Of a stretch of 51,269 nucleotides of DNA, positions 10,601 through 21,610 are shown piece by piece (position 1 is the first letter of the stretch; each line of letters starts with the position of its first letter). A model generated the notes under the pieces. The model worked only from the letters and a program-made list of their open reading frames with translations, was not told the DNA's origin and did not search any database. The position numbers and the translations under genes are program-made. The stretch is taken from NCBI GenBank assembly GCA_001724265.1, contig MEDY01000385.1, positions 1 through 51,269 of the forward strand, given 5' to 3'. Source of the DNA: Rhizaria sp. SCN 62-66. Taxonomy: Eukaryota.

Positions 10601-13600
10601 CTGGTAGAAGCGCGCGTGCGGGTTCTTGAGCCGCTGCGCCTCGTCCACGATGAGCAGAGTCCACCGCAGCTGCTGCAGGTGCGCCGAGTCGGCCAAGAAC
10701 GACTCGTAGCTCGTGATGAGCACGTTGAACTTGGTGACGCGGTTGCGCTTCAGTTCCGGGATCGTGCGGCCAGCGTCGTCCTTGTACCAGAACTCGAGCT
10801 CGCGGATGAGCCGGCGCGACTCCTCGTCGCCCTGGTACACCACGGCGTTGAGGTCCGTGCACGCCGCCACCTCGCGTTGCCAGTGCGGCAGCGTTGACAG
10901 CGGCGCAATCACCAGCGTCGGCCCACGCACAGACACCACGTCGTGCAGGAACTTCACGAACGCCACCGACTGCATCGTCTTGCCGAGGCCCATTTCGTCC
11001 GCCAGGATCGAGTTGCGGCGGTTGATGTAGTTGAACGCTAGCCATTGCAGCCCGTCCTCCTGGTACGCGCGCAGTGACCGGCCCGACTTAAACTGCATCG
11101 CCTGCACCTCGCCCATCAAGCGCCGCTGCAGCGACGGCAGCGATGCGATGTACCGCGCGCGCGCCAGGGCGGCCGCTCGCTCTGCGGCGGCCTCGGCAGC
11201 CTCCTCGGCAGTCATCTGCTCGGCGCCGTCGCCGCTCGCGAGCGTGAGCGTGATGTCGGACGCAGACGTGGGCGCGGCAGGGTCGAGACGGGTGCGCGCA
11301 AGGGCCAGCGCCTCCTGCTGCGCGGCCTGCCGCTGCACGATCGGCGACGACTTGGCAACGGCGTGCGCAGAGGTGCGGAACTCCTTGGCGCGCGCGCTGT
11401 TGCGGCCGGCATCAGCGTCGGCGTCGTCGCTGTCTTCCTCTTGCAACGCGCGCTTATTGCGCTTGCGGCCGCCGCCGTCGTCGTTGTCATCAATGGCGCT
11501 GCCGTCGTCGTCGGTGTCGCTTGAGCCTTGCGACAGACCCAGCACCTCCTGGCCGTGCTCGTCATCGTCGCTCCCAGAGCCAGCGCGCGCGGCGGCAGAG
11601 CCGGACGCAGCGGCAGCCGTGGCCTTCTTGCGCGAGTGCTTCAGCAACTCCTCGGTGAACTTGCGTTTGGCAGCGGTAGCGCTCTCGCTCTGCGCGCCCG
11701 CGGGCTGCTCGGACCAGACGTGGAAGCGTTCCATGGCGTCGTCGTCGTCGAGCTAGTTGACGTCCACCCACGTCGCCTCGCCGTAAGGCAGCGAGCGCCA
11801 CTTGACCAGCAGCATCACGTCGCCGGTGCCTGTGTTGGGGAAGAACGCCAGCGGACCGCTCGCGTTGTTCGGTCCGTGTTTGCCGCCCCGCTGCTGCGGA
11901 GCGTCGATGCGCCACTCGAGCACACGGTCGACCTCGCAGAAGTCCGGGTCGAAATACTGTCCGTTGGCCCACTCCTCGCTGTTGGGTAGCCCCTCTGCCT
12001 CGGCCTTGTTGCGCCAGCGACGGATGTGTGCTGCGCACATGGCCGTGGCCCACAGCGCCGCGCGAGGCACCCACACTACGTCGCGGAAGCTGCGGCCGCG
12101 CAACTTGAGCAGGAACTGCGTCTGCGTGACCGTGGTGCGCCGCACCGGCGCCAACAGCGTCACGGGCCGGTGCAGCCGCGCCTCGTGATCGGCCTTAGCA
12201 GCCGCGGCGGCGGCCTCGCCGGCGGCCAGCGCGGCGGCCTCGTCGCTGCCGGCGGCGCGCGCGGCCTGCACGGCGGCGACACGCGCGGCCGCGACCTCGT
12301 CGGCGGCGGCGCGCGCGGCCCTGCGGCCTTGCAGCTTCTCCTTGACGAACGTGTCAAGCAGAATGTCCGGCGACATGAACTGGAACGACACAAGCAGTTG
12401 CAGAGAGCTGTGCAGGTTCTCGATCGAGATCTCCTGCAGCAACGGCTCCGTCACCACGACCGAGGGCGCTGTGCCGCGGCTAATCACGGCCTGCTTCGCG
12501 GCTGCGCGGAGCTCGGCCTGCACCTCCCCGTCGAGTGCGGACAGCGCCGTCGCGCCCAGGGCCCTCGCCGCGGCATCGGCCTCGGTCAGCACCGCGGCCT
12601 GCGCGGCAGCGCGCGCGGCCATGATGGAGACGAACGGGAACGGGTTCGGCAAGTACGACGTTTGGTTCAAACTGTGGTCGAAGCCGCCCGGAAAGACTAT
12701 CTTCAGAGGGGCGAGTGCGGCAGCCGTGGCCTTGCTGTGCAGATCCGCAGCCGAGGCAGCCAAGGCAGAGGCCGGCGGGTACAGGTGAGCAATGTGGGGC
12801 GGAAACGGCCCGTCGGCTGCGGCGACCACGGAGCGGCGTAGCGCGGGGTCAGCTGGGAAAAACACGTTCAAACGGTCCCAGGTACCGTACTCGTCATCCG
12901 CTCTTGAAACATGGGCCGCCCCACTCGCACTCGCGCTCGCGCTGGCACGGCTACCGCTGTCGGTCATCGCGGAACCAGCGCGAGCGCCGGCGTCCTTGTT
13001 ACTGTTGGACTCGGCCGCGTGCGCGTGCGCATGCGCCGCAGACCCGTGCAGCACTGTCGTGCGCGCCGCCTCGCGGCCCTCGGCCAGCTCCTCGTTAGCG
13101 TAGGCGTCGCCGCGGCCCCAACGTACGGCCGCGCGCGTGTCGTCTTCCTCCTCGTCCTCGTCCGCGGGCTCGCTACCCTCAGACTCGCTCGCGTCGGCCG
13201 CGCGCGTGTCGCTATCCTCAGTCAGTTCGACCTCGGACGTGTCGACGTCGGACCCCAGCCCGTGGCTCCCGTCGCCGTCGTCGGCGTCCACACCCGCGGC
13301 CGACTGCAGCCGGTGGTGGCGCTGCCGCTGCGGGTCGAGCAGCGTGCGCATCTCGCGCCGCTCGCGCACGATCTCGGCCTTTTTGCGCGCCACGCGCTGC
13401 CGTAGCCGCGCGTCGCGGGCCGCCTTGAGCCTCTTCTTGGCCGCCGCGTCCGCCGCGGAGACGGTGGGGACCGCGTCGAGCTTCTTCTTGGCGAGCCAGT
13501 TCTGGCGCACGCGCCGGCCGAACCGCACGAAGGCGTTGCGGATCTTGGTGTTCTTCTTGAAGAGCGAAATGAGGTCCGGCAGGGACTTGGTGCCGAGACA

Positions 13601-15735
13601 GAGCTCGCATCGGTACGCGCCCTCGGGCACGCAGTCGAGCTCGACGCAGAACGGGTGGTACGGCCGCGTGCACGTGTCGCATAGCAGCAGCTCGCCGCCG
13701 CCGCCGCAGATGTGGCACTCGTCGGCCGACGCGGGCGGCTCGACGTGGAGCTCAAACACGCGCTGCTGCACGAACGCGAACTCCTCGCGCGGAACCGCCT
13801 GCGTGCGGAAGCAGTGCGCAGACTGCACAGGCCCGTAGCCCGGCAGCTCCTGCACGCCCGTCGCCTCGGCGTCATAGTGCGCCACGCACAGCGCGCCCGG
13901 CCACCGCGACGCGGGCTTGTCCTTGGCCGACGACAACGGGGCCTGGGAGCGCCGCAGCCCGTTGGGCGCGGTCAGCAGCTCAAGGTCGCGCGCGCGGCGT
14001 TCGCGGGCCGCGCGGCGCTCCTCTTTGGTCTCCTTCGCGGGCGCCGGCTCGGCGGCGGCCTTGCCCTTGCCCGCCTTGCGGGAGTCAGTGCGCTTGCCGC
14101 CGCCGCGCTTGTCGTGCTCGCGCTGCCGCTCGCGTTCCTGCTTGCGCTCCTGTTTGGAGCGCAGCGCGGCGGCCTCGCGCGCGGCCTCGGCGGCGCCCGC
14201 GGCCGCGCCCGCGCCGGGCTGCTTGGTGCCCGGCGGCCGCCCGCGGCCGCGCGGCGTGGCGGCGCGGTCATCGCTGTCGCTGCCGCTGCCGCTGCCGCTG
14301 TCGCCGTCGCTGCGGGCCCGGGCCTTGGAGCGCGCGCCGGAGTCTGCCTCAGAGTCTGAACCAGAGCCAGAGGCAGAGCCGGAGCCCGACGCGGAGTCCG
14401 AGATGGCGACAACGTCACTGTCACTCTCGTTGTAGTTGCTGTTGCTGTCGTCATTGTCCACGTCATCGTGCACAATGCGCGACCGGCCACGCTTCCCGGC
14501 GCCCTTGCCCTTGTCCTTGTCCTTGCCCTTGTCTTTGTCGCGAGAGCTTTTTCCGCTCTTGCCCTGACTGCGCTTGCTGCCGTCACGGTCCTTGCGGCCC
14601 TTGTCGGCGTCGCCGGAGCCCTTCTTCGAACTCGCACTCACACTGGGGCTCAAGCGAGGGCGGCCGCGCCCTTGACCGGAGGGGGCGATGCCCTTGCTCC
14701 GGCCGCCGTCGCCGTCGCCGTCGTCGTCACCGTCGCTGCCGCTGCCGCTGCTGCTGCTGCTGCTACTGCTATCGAGCTTGTAGTTGACGGCGGCGCGCGC
14801 CCGGCGGACCGGCCGGCCCTTGTTGTCATTGTAGTCGCCGTCGTCGTCGTTGTCGCCGCCGTCAGCATCCTCGCTGTTGTCGTTGCCGTCGGCCGGCGTC
14901 GCTAAGCGGGAGCCGCGGCCACTGGCCCGACCACTGCGACTCGCACTCGCACTCGTACTGGCGCTCGTACTGGCGCTCGCGCTGGCGCTCGCGCTGGCGC
15001 CGGCCAGTGGGGTGCCAGCAGCAGAGCCAGCGCCCGCGCTAGAGCGCGAAGGAGGTGCGGGAGGGCCGTGGGTCTGACCCTGACTGTGGTTATTCGAAGG
15101 GCGACTGCGCTTCACGCGGGCGTCAATGTCGATGTCACTATCATCGTCGTTGATGACAACTTCGTCGTCGTCGTCGTCGTCGTCGTGCGTTGCGCGGACG
15201 TTATCTGAGTCAGAGTCAGAGTCTGCGGGGCCGGCGCGGGCGGCAGCGCGGGCGTTGGCCGCCGTCGCGGGGTTGCTGTTCTGGTTGCTAAACATGTGGC
15301 CAAAGAAGCGTGACAAACACGGAGGCGTTACAAGCACATAAGATGAACAAAGAGACACAGGTAAGTATGGGCGAGTCAAGGCGGATCAGAATGACTTGAT
15401 ATAGCGAGGAAAAAGTTGTTAAAGGGTTAGTGTGCGTACGTAGGAGGACTTGACGAAGCAAGAGAAGCAACAGAGCCAGTTTTGACGCCATTGCCGCTGC
15501 TGCTTGTGTCGGCTGCGGAGCACGACAGAGACGAGAGCGAGGCAGAAGAAGAAGGTGGCAGAAGAGCAATATGTGAGCGTGAAACAGAAATAAGAGCATG
15601 GCATAATGGAGTAACATGTGTGAAACAGAGCCCGTGAAGTGTGGGTTGTGTGTCCACCTGTTAAAGTTGTGAGATGATGGAGGAGATTGGGTGGAACGTA
15701 CCCATCTGACGTGCAGCCTCGGTGAAGCGACGCAT
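1634..15735 (-). CDS. CHD-family chromatin-remodelling ATPase (PHD + 2 chromodomains + SNF2/HELICc + SANT/SLIDE-like + polyQ tail), ~4,540 codons, with 3 in-frame TAG codons
   Basis: Exons are 15735 (or 15705)-15702, 15512-15440, 15287-10040 and 9904-1634, with GTACG donors, YAG acceptors and consistent phases. Motifs: [27 protein letters not shown]...CELC; chromo [16 protein letters not shown] and [102 protein letters not shown] (CHD6-9-like). Five ORF-track pieces join in frame through the TAGs at 11753-11755, 4853-4855 and 2804-2806 plus one intron. The gene ends at TGA 1634-1636. The 5' exons are less certain. Confidence 0.9.
2270..2820 (-). repeat. Imperfect CAG/CAA polyglutamine tract in the CHD C-terminus
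   Basis: Long runs of (CTG/TTG)n on the plus strand; translation is Q-rich with interspersed L, H and M. The tract contains the in-frame TAG at 2804-2806. Confidence 0.95.
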
Positions 15736-16768
15736 GCAGATACCGCTTGGGAATCGCGGCAGTCACTAAGTGGAGCAGACTAACAACAAAGTGAAACCGC
15801 TGTCAAATGTAAAGGTGGCCAAAAAGGTTAGAGAACGCAGATCTGTGGACAAAGGGCGGAAACGGTGGGAAGAACGGCGGGAGTGAGAGGGATCGGGGTG
15901 AGCATCGGATCAACACTGCGCATCACTCAAAATAGGTCGAACCTTCCGACAGCGAAGGTATAAAGTGCGTATAACATAGGAAACACATAAATTTAATATG
16001 CCGGTTTACTAAATTCTTATTCGACTCAATTAGACGTGACACGACCTCGCAGACGAAAAACGCGCGAGTCCGACGCTGGGAGCGACTGGGCGGGGCCCGC
16101 TCGCTACAGATACAGCTACACGTTTCTGACGCTCATCACTCGCAGCCAGCCATGGAGAAGAAGCGCTTCGTGGCTGACTCACGTGCTTGAATTGAGCGGG
16201 AAGGGCGACAGCTGGCGCGATAGTTTGTAAATATTCGGCGTGAATAGTGCTGGAAAATAACGTCGTTATATTCATTGGAGTCAAAGACGGGAAACGAATG
16301 CGTATATTCCCCGAAAGATCCTTCTCAGGACAACCTCCCCAAGCGAGTGCGAGGTCTTCATTGCTGGATATCTCCCCTCAACATTCGTGTAATTGCCAGG
16401 AGCGCTTTTTATACGATAAATCGCTATTAGATTCAATTGTTTCTTTTGTATTTCATTTCCGTCAGAGTTGCTTTCTAGGGTAACGTCACTGTTTCTCGCC
16501 CAACAAGGTCAACGTCGATGGGCGTGAGTCGTTAGTCTCTGCCTAGCCACCTTCTAACTCACGACTCAGGTCCTTTATGCAGCTCAAAGAGAACTATAGT
16601 ATCTAATTTTGTATTAAACTCATCTTATAGTTTTTCACACTTTGCCTATTTCCTCTCGTCTTTGCTTCCTGTAGTCATAACACCGCTAAAGAAAGAGCAT
16701 TCCCTTCCCGACCCTGAGCTTTCTCCTTTCCCGTCCTCGCGTGCTCCTCCGTCTGCTTTCCTCTCGCG

Positions 16769-17257
16769 ATGTCGACCGCCTCAAGCGCCGCCTCGTACCG
16801 GCCGCGCACCGCGGACCGGCTCACGATTGACATGAGCTCGCTTTCAGTCGGGAAATACCTCAACTCTTCCGCCGCGACAGCTCCAGCCCCATCAAGCACG
16901 ACCAACAGCTCCGCCGCTGCCGTCGTCACCTCTGAGTGCTCCCTCGGCAAGCTCACGCTCGACGCCTCCTCGACCGCCCTTACTCGCGCACCCGCGACGC
17001 GCCCTGGCACCGCTGGCGCCGCCGCCACGGCGTCCTCGTACCCCCTCGGCTCTCCGCTCTGCCCGCCCGTGGCGGACCCGACCGAGCTGCTAATCTCCGC
17101 CGCGCAGGCCAAGACGCAGCTCGTACTCCGCGCCTCGGCCTTCACGCAGGTGCTGTCTTCGCACTACGACGGGCCCGTTGCCGCGCCTGCAGACGCCTCC
17201 CCGGCCCCCGCACTCCCCGCATTCTCCTCCTCTGCCGCCCCTGCTGCCTCTGCTTCG

Positions 17258-17289
<32 letters not shown>

Positions 17290-20200
17290 AGCAGCGGCCT
17301 CGTCCGGCACGCACTACGCGCACCCGTCGCTCGCCTTCTCTGCGCCCAATGTGCCCGCGCCGTCCTCCTCCGCGTCTGCCTCGGCTGCGGCAGTGGCAGC
17401 GCTCTCGGCGCCCTACGCCAGCGACGTGCACCGCTGCAGCGCGCTCATCGCCGACTTCCTCGAGGACGCCCTGGGCGTCGACCGCGCGGCCCTGTACTAC
17501 GTTTCAGATTCAGAGGTCGGCGGACTCGCCCCGGACTCGCTCGACTTCGCCCCCGCGCACGCGCACCACGCCGCTGCCGCCGCCGCTGCTGCTGCTGCTG
17601 CCGCTGCGAATGTCGCCGCCAACGCTGCTGCTGCCAACGCTGCCGCCGCTGCGTCCGTGCCCGGCTCTGCCTCGTTCACGCCTAACACGGCCCTCGCAAT
17701 GAACGCGGCTGACGGCGCCCTGTCTGCCGCGAACGCCGGCGCCAGCTCCAGCTCCGGCTCCGGCAGCGGCAGCGTTGTGGGCTACGTCGCCGCCGGCTAC
17801 GACGACTTCCGCTGCCGCCGCGCCCCGCTGCGCTTCGCCGCCCACTCGCCCCTCGCGGACTCCGCCGACGCCGCCAGCACCGCGAGCAGCGCGGCCGCCG
17901 GCGGCGCCAGCGCCAGCGCCAGCGGCGGCGGCGAGCTGTGCCCGCTCGACTCGCTCCTCATCGGCCACGCGCTCCGCTCGGGCGCGCTCACCGTCTGCGG
18001 CGACCCTTTTAAGGAGCGCTCCAACACCGCCGGCGCGCAGTCCAGCCACGGCCTCGGCGCCGGTGCGACTGCGAGCGGGCTGCGGCTGGACGGCGAGTGC
18101 GACTTTGTGCTCGCGACGGGCTACCGCGTCGCGTCGTCGCTGGCAGTCCCGGTCCGCGACCCGCGCACGGGCGCCATCATTGCTGTCATCCAGCTCCTCA
18201 ACAAGCGCGCTGCCATTGCGGCGTCGGCCGACTCCGCTCCGGCGGCTGCGTCCGCTGCGGCTGCGGGCAGCGGTGGCAACGCGCTGCTGAGCCCGCTGAC
18301 GTCATCCTCTGCGTCGGCGACCGGCGTCGTCGTCTCAGGCGACTGTGACGCCGCTAACAGCGGCAGCGCGGGCAGCGCTGAGGCCTGGCACTTGGCGCTC
18401 GTGGGCTCCTCCGCCATCCGCAACAGCTCCAACGCCAGCAACGCGCTCAACGCGTCGACCAACAGCAGCAACCACAACGCGTACTACGGCGGCGCCATCA
18501 GAGTGCCCGTGCTCGCCCCGGTGGTGCCCGCGATCTTCTCCGACACGTACCTCGCGCGCCGCTCCACGCGCGTGCCCCTGCTCGCGCGCGCCACGCGCTC
18601 GATCGTCGCCGGCACGGCGCCCTACAGCGCGGCCAACGCGAGCAATAACAATAACAACAACAGCAGCAGCAGTAATAACGCGAGTGTTGCCGACGACGTG
18701 CTCGGCGCGCTTCCCGGCGCTAACAACAGCAGCAGCTCGTCGAGCCACCTGAACACGACTTCTGTCAGTGTCGCTGGAGCCGGCATGAGCGTTGTCGTCG
18801 ACAACGCCTCTGGATCTGGCTCCAACAACAGCAGCAACGCCGTCACGCCGACCTCGCGCCCCCGCGGTCTGTCCACCTCCGTGGTGCCGGCGTCGCCCGC
18901 GCAGTCGACCAGCTCCATCCAGCCCGCTAACAGCAGCAGCAACGCGAGCAGCTCGAGCAATGCGGCTGCCGGCCCTAGTGCGAGCGCGAGCGCGAGCGCT
19001 AGTGCAGTCGGCAAGCACACCCGCACGACGTCCCTGCACCGCCGCACCAGCTCCCTCATCGACTCTCTGCCCAACGCAGCCGTGCTCAACGGCTCCGCGG
19101 CCAGCGCCAACGACGGCGCGGCTGTTGCTGGCGTCGCGGGGGGCTTCCACGACTCGCTCCCGTCGCTCCCGTCGCCCATGTACAACAGCAACACGTACGC
19201 CGAACCTAGCAGCAGCAGCGCTGTTGCGAACAACGCGCTCTTTACGACTTTTTCGGTCCAGGACCTGGAGCTCACGCTGCTGCTGACGTCGCTGCTGGCC
19301 CCAGCGCTGTCTGCGCTGCACCGCGAGGCCCTGCTCGCCGCGCTCATCACGCCGCCCTGGCGCTCACTCACCAACACCGCCGTCGCTGTCGCGAACAGCA
19401 ACAGCAGCAGCAGCGCGAGCTTCGGCAGCGGCAGCAGCGCGAGCTTCGGCAGCGGCAGCAGCTCGAGCTTCGGCAGCGGCGTCGAATCTGTGGCGGGTGT
19501 GGCGGCGGCGGCGGTCACCGACTCCGACGGCGACGCCGCTGCGCATGGAGGCAGCAACACCAACAGCAGCAGCGACGTCGCGGCCCTGCACCTGATCACC
19601 TCGGCGTCTGGCGGCAGCAATAACGTGCATGCCAGCTCCAGCTCCGGCTCTGGCTCTGGGATGAAGACCCTGCCGCTTACATCGGCCACCTTCGCGCTCG
19701 CGCTGCCCTCCAGCAGCAGCGGCGGCGCCAGCGCCGCCAGCGGCCTCCCCAGCGGCAGCGGGTTGATCACCGCAAGCGCGACGTCAAGCGCCGCGTCCAC
19801 CGTCGTCGACTACGACAGCCTGCGGTCCTTCCTCTCGCTCTACCTCAACGACCGCACGGTCACGCGGCTGAACTTCCCGCCCGGCTCCCGCGCCGCGCTG
19901 CTCTGCGCGGCCGCGGCTACGACCTCCGTGGTGTCGTCCTCGGCCTCGATGCCGCCGCCCGTCGCCGCCGCCGCCGCCGCGACCGCCGCCGCCGCCGCCG
20001 CCGCCGCCGCTGCGCCTCTGTGGGCGCGTCCCCCGCTGCCGGCCTCTGCGCCGCCGCCGCTGACGCGGTACCCGTTCTTCTCGCTCCCGCGACTGGACTC
20101 GCTCGAGTTCAACGCGCTGGACCACAGCCTCGACACGCTGTGCGCCGCCGTGGTGGCCGTGCTCTCGACCTCGGGGCTGCTCGACGGGCTCCACGTCTCG

Positions 20201-21610
20201 GTCGCCTCGCTGTCGGCGCTTGTCTTCGCCATCTGCGGCAAGTACCGCGCCAACCCGTTCCACTCGTTCCACCACGGCTTCGCGGTGTTTCAGTTCGCAT
20301 ACCTGCTCCTGCGCCGCACCGACGCGCTGTCGTACCTCTCACCGCAAGACGCGCTCCTGCTGCTGCTGACTGCGCTGGGACACGACATCGACCACCCGGG
20401 CCGCACCAACTCGTTCGAGGTCGCCACGCGCACGCGCCGCGCCGTGCTCTACAACGACCAACACGTGCTGGAGAACCACCACGCGTACACGCTGCTGACC
20501 ATCCTGCTGCGCGACTCGGCTGCGGCCGCCGCGGCCATGACTTCGTCCGCCGCGGGGGCGCTAGGCTCGCCGCTCGCTCCCGCTTCTGGCGCCAACGCTA
20601 CCAGCGCCGCCTTGCTCAACAGCAACAGCGGCAACAACAGCGGCAGCGGCAGCAACAGTAGCAGCTCGAACAGTGGCGCCAGCGCCAGCGCCGTCGGCCC
20701 CGCGGGCGGTCTGTTCAGCCGCCTGTCGCGCCCGCAGCGGCAGAACGTGCGCGGCGTTGTCGTGAGCGCGATTATTGCCACCGACATGGCCGAGCACGTG
20801 GGCATGATGGACCGCCTTAAGGCCGTCTCCGTCGTCGTCCCGGCCCCCGCGCCCGCGGGCACGGCCACGGGCACCACGGCCGCCGCCATCGCCGCCGCCG
20901 TCCCCGCCGCCGCCGCCGAGAGCGCCGCCAACGTCGTTGTCGCCGTCGGCAACGGCAACAAGTACAACCTCGCGACACTGAGCGCCTACAACAACGCCCC
21001 CGGCGGCCAGGGCGGCTTCAAGGACGTCTACGACGGCGCTCCGCTGCCCGCGCTGTCTGCGTCCGCGGCCGCGGCGGCGCTGTCCCGCTCGCAGTCGCTG
21101 TCGCAATCGCTCGGTACGGGGCTAGGCCGCTCGCACAGCGCCGGCACCACGTCCGACGACTCCGTGGCCGCGTCCCCGACCGTCAACAGCAGCGCGGCGC
21201 TCGCGGCGGCTGTGGCGCCGCTCCGACTGTCGCTGCGCCCCGCGGTCGGCGCCGACCGGCAGCTGCTGATCAACGTGCTCGTGCACAGCGCTGACCTCTC
21301 GGGGCAGCTGCTCTCGACGCCGGCAGCCGCGGCGTGGGAAGCGCGCATCACGCAGGAGTTCCGCGAGCAGGCCGAGGAGGAGACGCGGCTGGGACTGCCG
21401 CCCGCGCCGTTCATGCAGAAGCTGGACCAGCCGCGCGTGCGCGCCAAGATGCAGGTGGACTTCATCGACTACGTGCTCATGCCGTGGTGGAACGCCGTGC
21501 TGAGGCTGTTTCCCATGCTGCAGCCGTGCGTCGACAACCTGAAGACCAACAGGGAGTTCTACATGTCTGTCGCTAAGGCCCCCGAGAGCGACGAGAGCAA
21601 CAAGGCGTAA
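16769..21610 (+). CDS. Class I 3',5'-cyclic nucleotide phosphodiesterase with an interrupted N-terminal GAF-like domain
   Basis: Single 1613-aa ORF ending in TAA. Catalytic motifs: [70 protein letters not shown]-like segments: [14 protein letters not shown]...[10 protein letters not shown] and FSVQDLEL. Confidence 0.93.

Noticed and set aside
2804-11755. Pyrrolysine decoding, or A-to-I editing of UAG to a Trp codon
   Set aside because: Pyrrolysine is not known from eukaryotic nuclear genes and no pyl genes are present here. Trp is implausible inside a polyQ tract and at a polar chromodomain position.
2804-11770. Micro-introns or ordinary introns removing the three TAGs
   Set aside because: Every supported intron here is AT-rich, over 100 nt, with a GTNCG/GTAAG-type donor and a pyrimidine tract. 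The TAG contexts are GC-rich and stay in frame without splicing. Disfavoured, though only cDNA can exclude it.
1634-15379. Treating the five CHD-region ORFs as separate genes
   Set aside because: They abut in frame across single TAG codons or one clear intron, with no AT-rich intergenic DNA between them, and the domain order is that of a single CHD protein.
16176-16565. Recurrent ACTCACG/CGTGAGT motif as a promoter element (also near 46148 and 50845)
   Set aside because: It overlaps the splice-donor sequence GTGAGT and is short enough to recur by chance, so it cannot be supported as regulatory.
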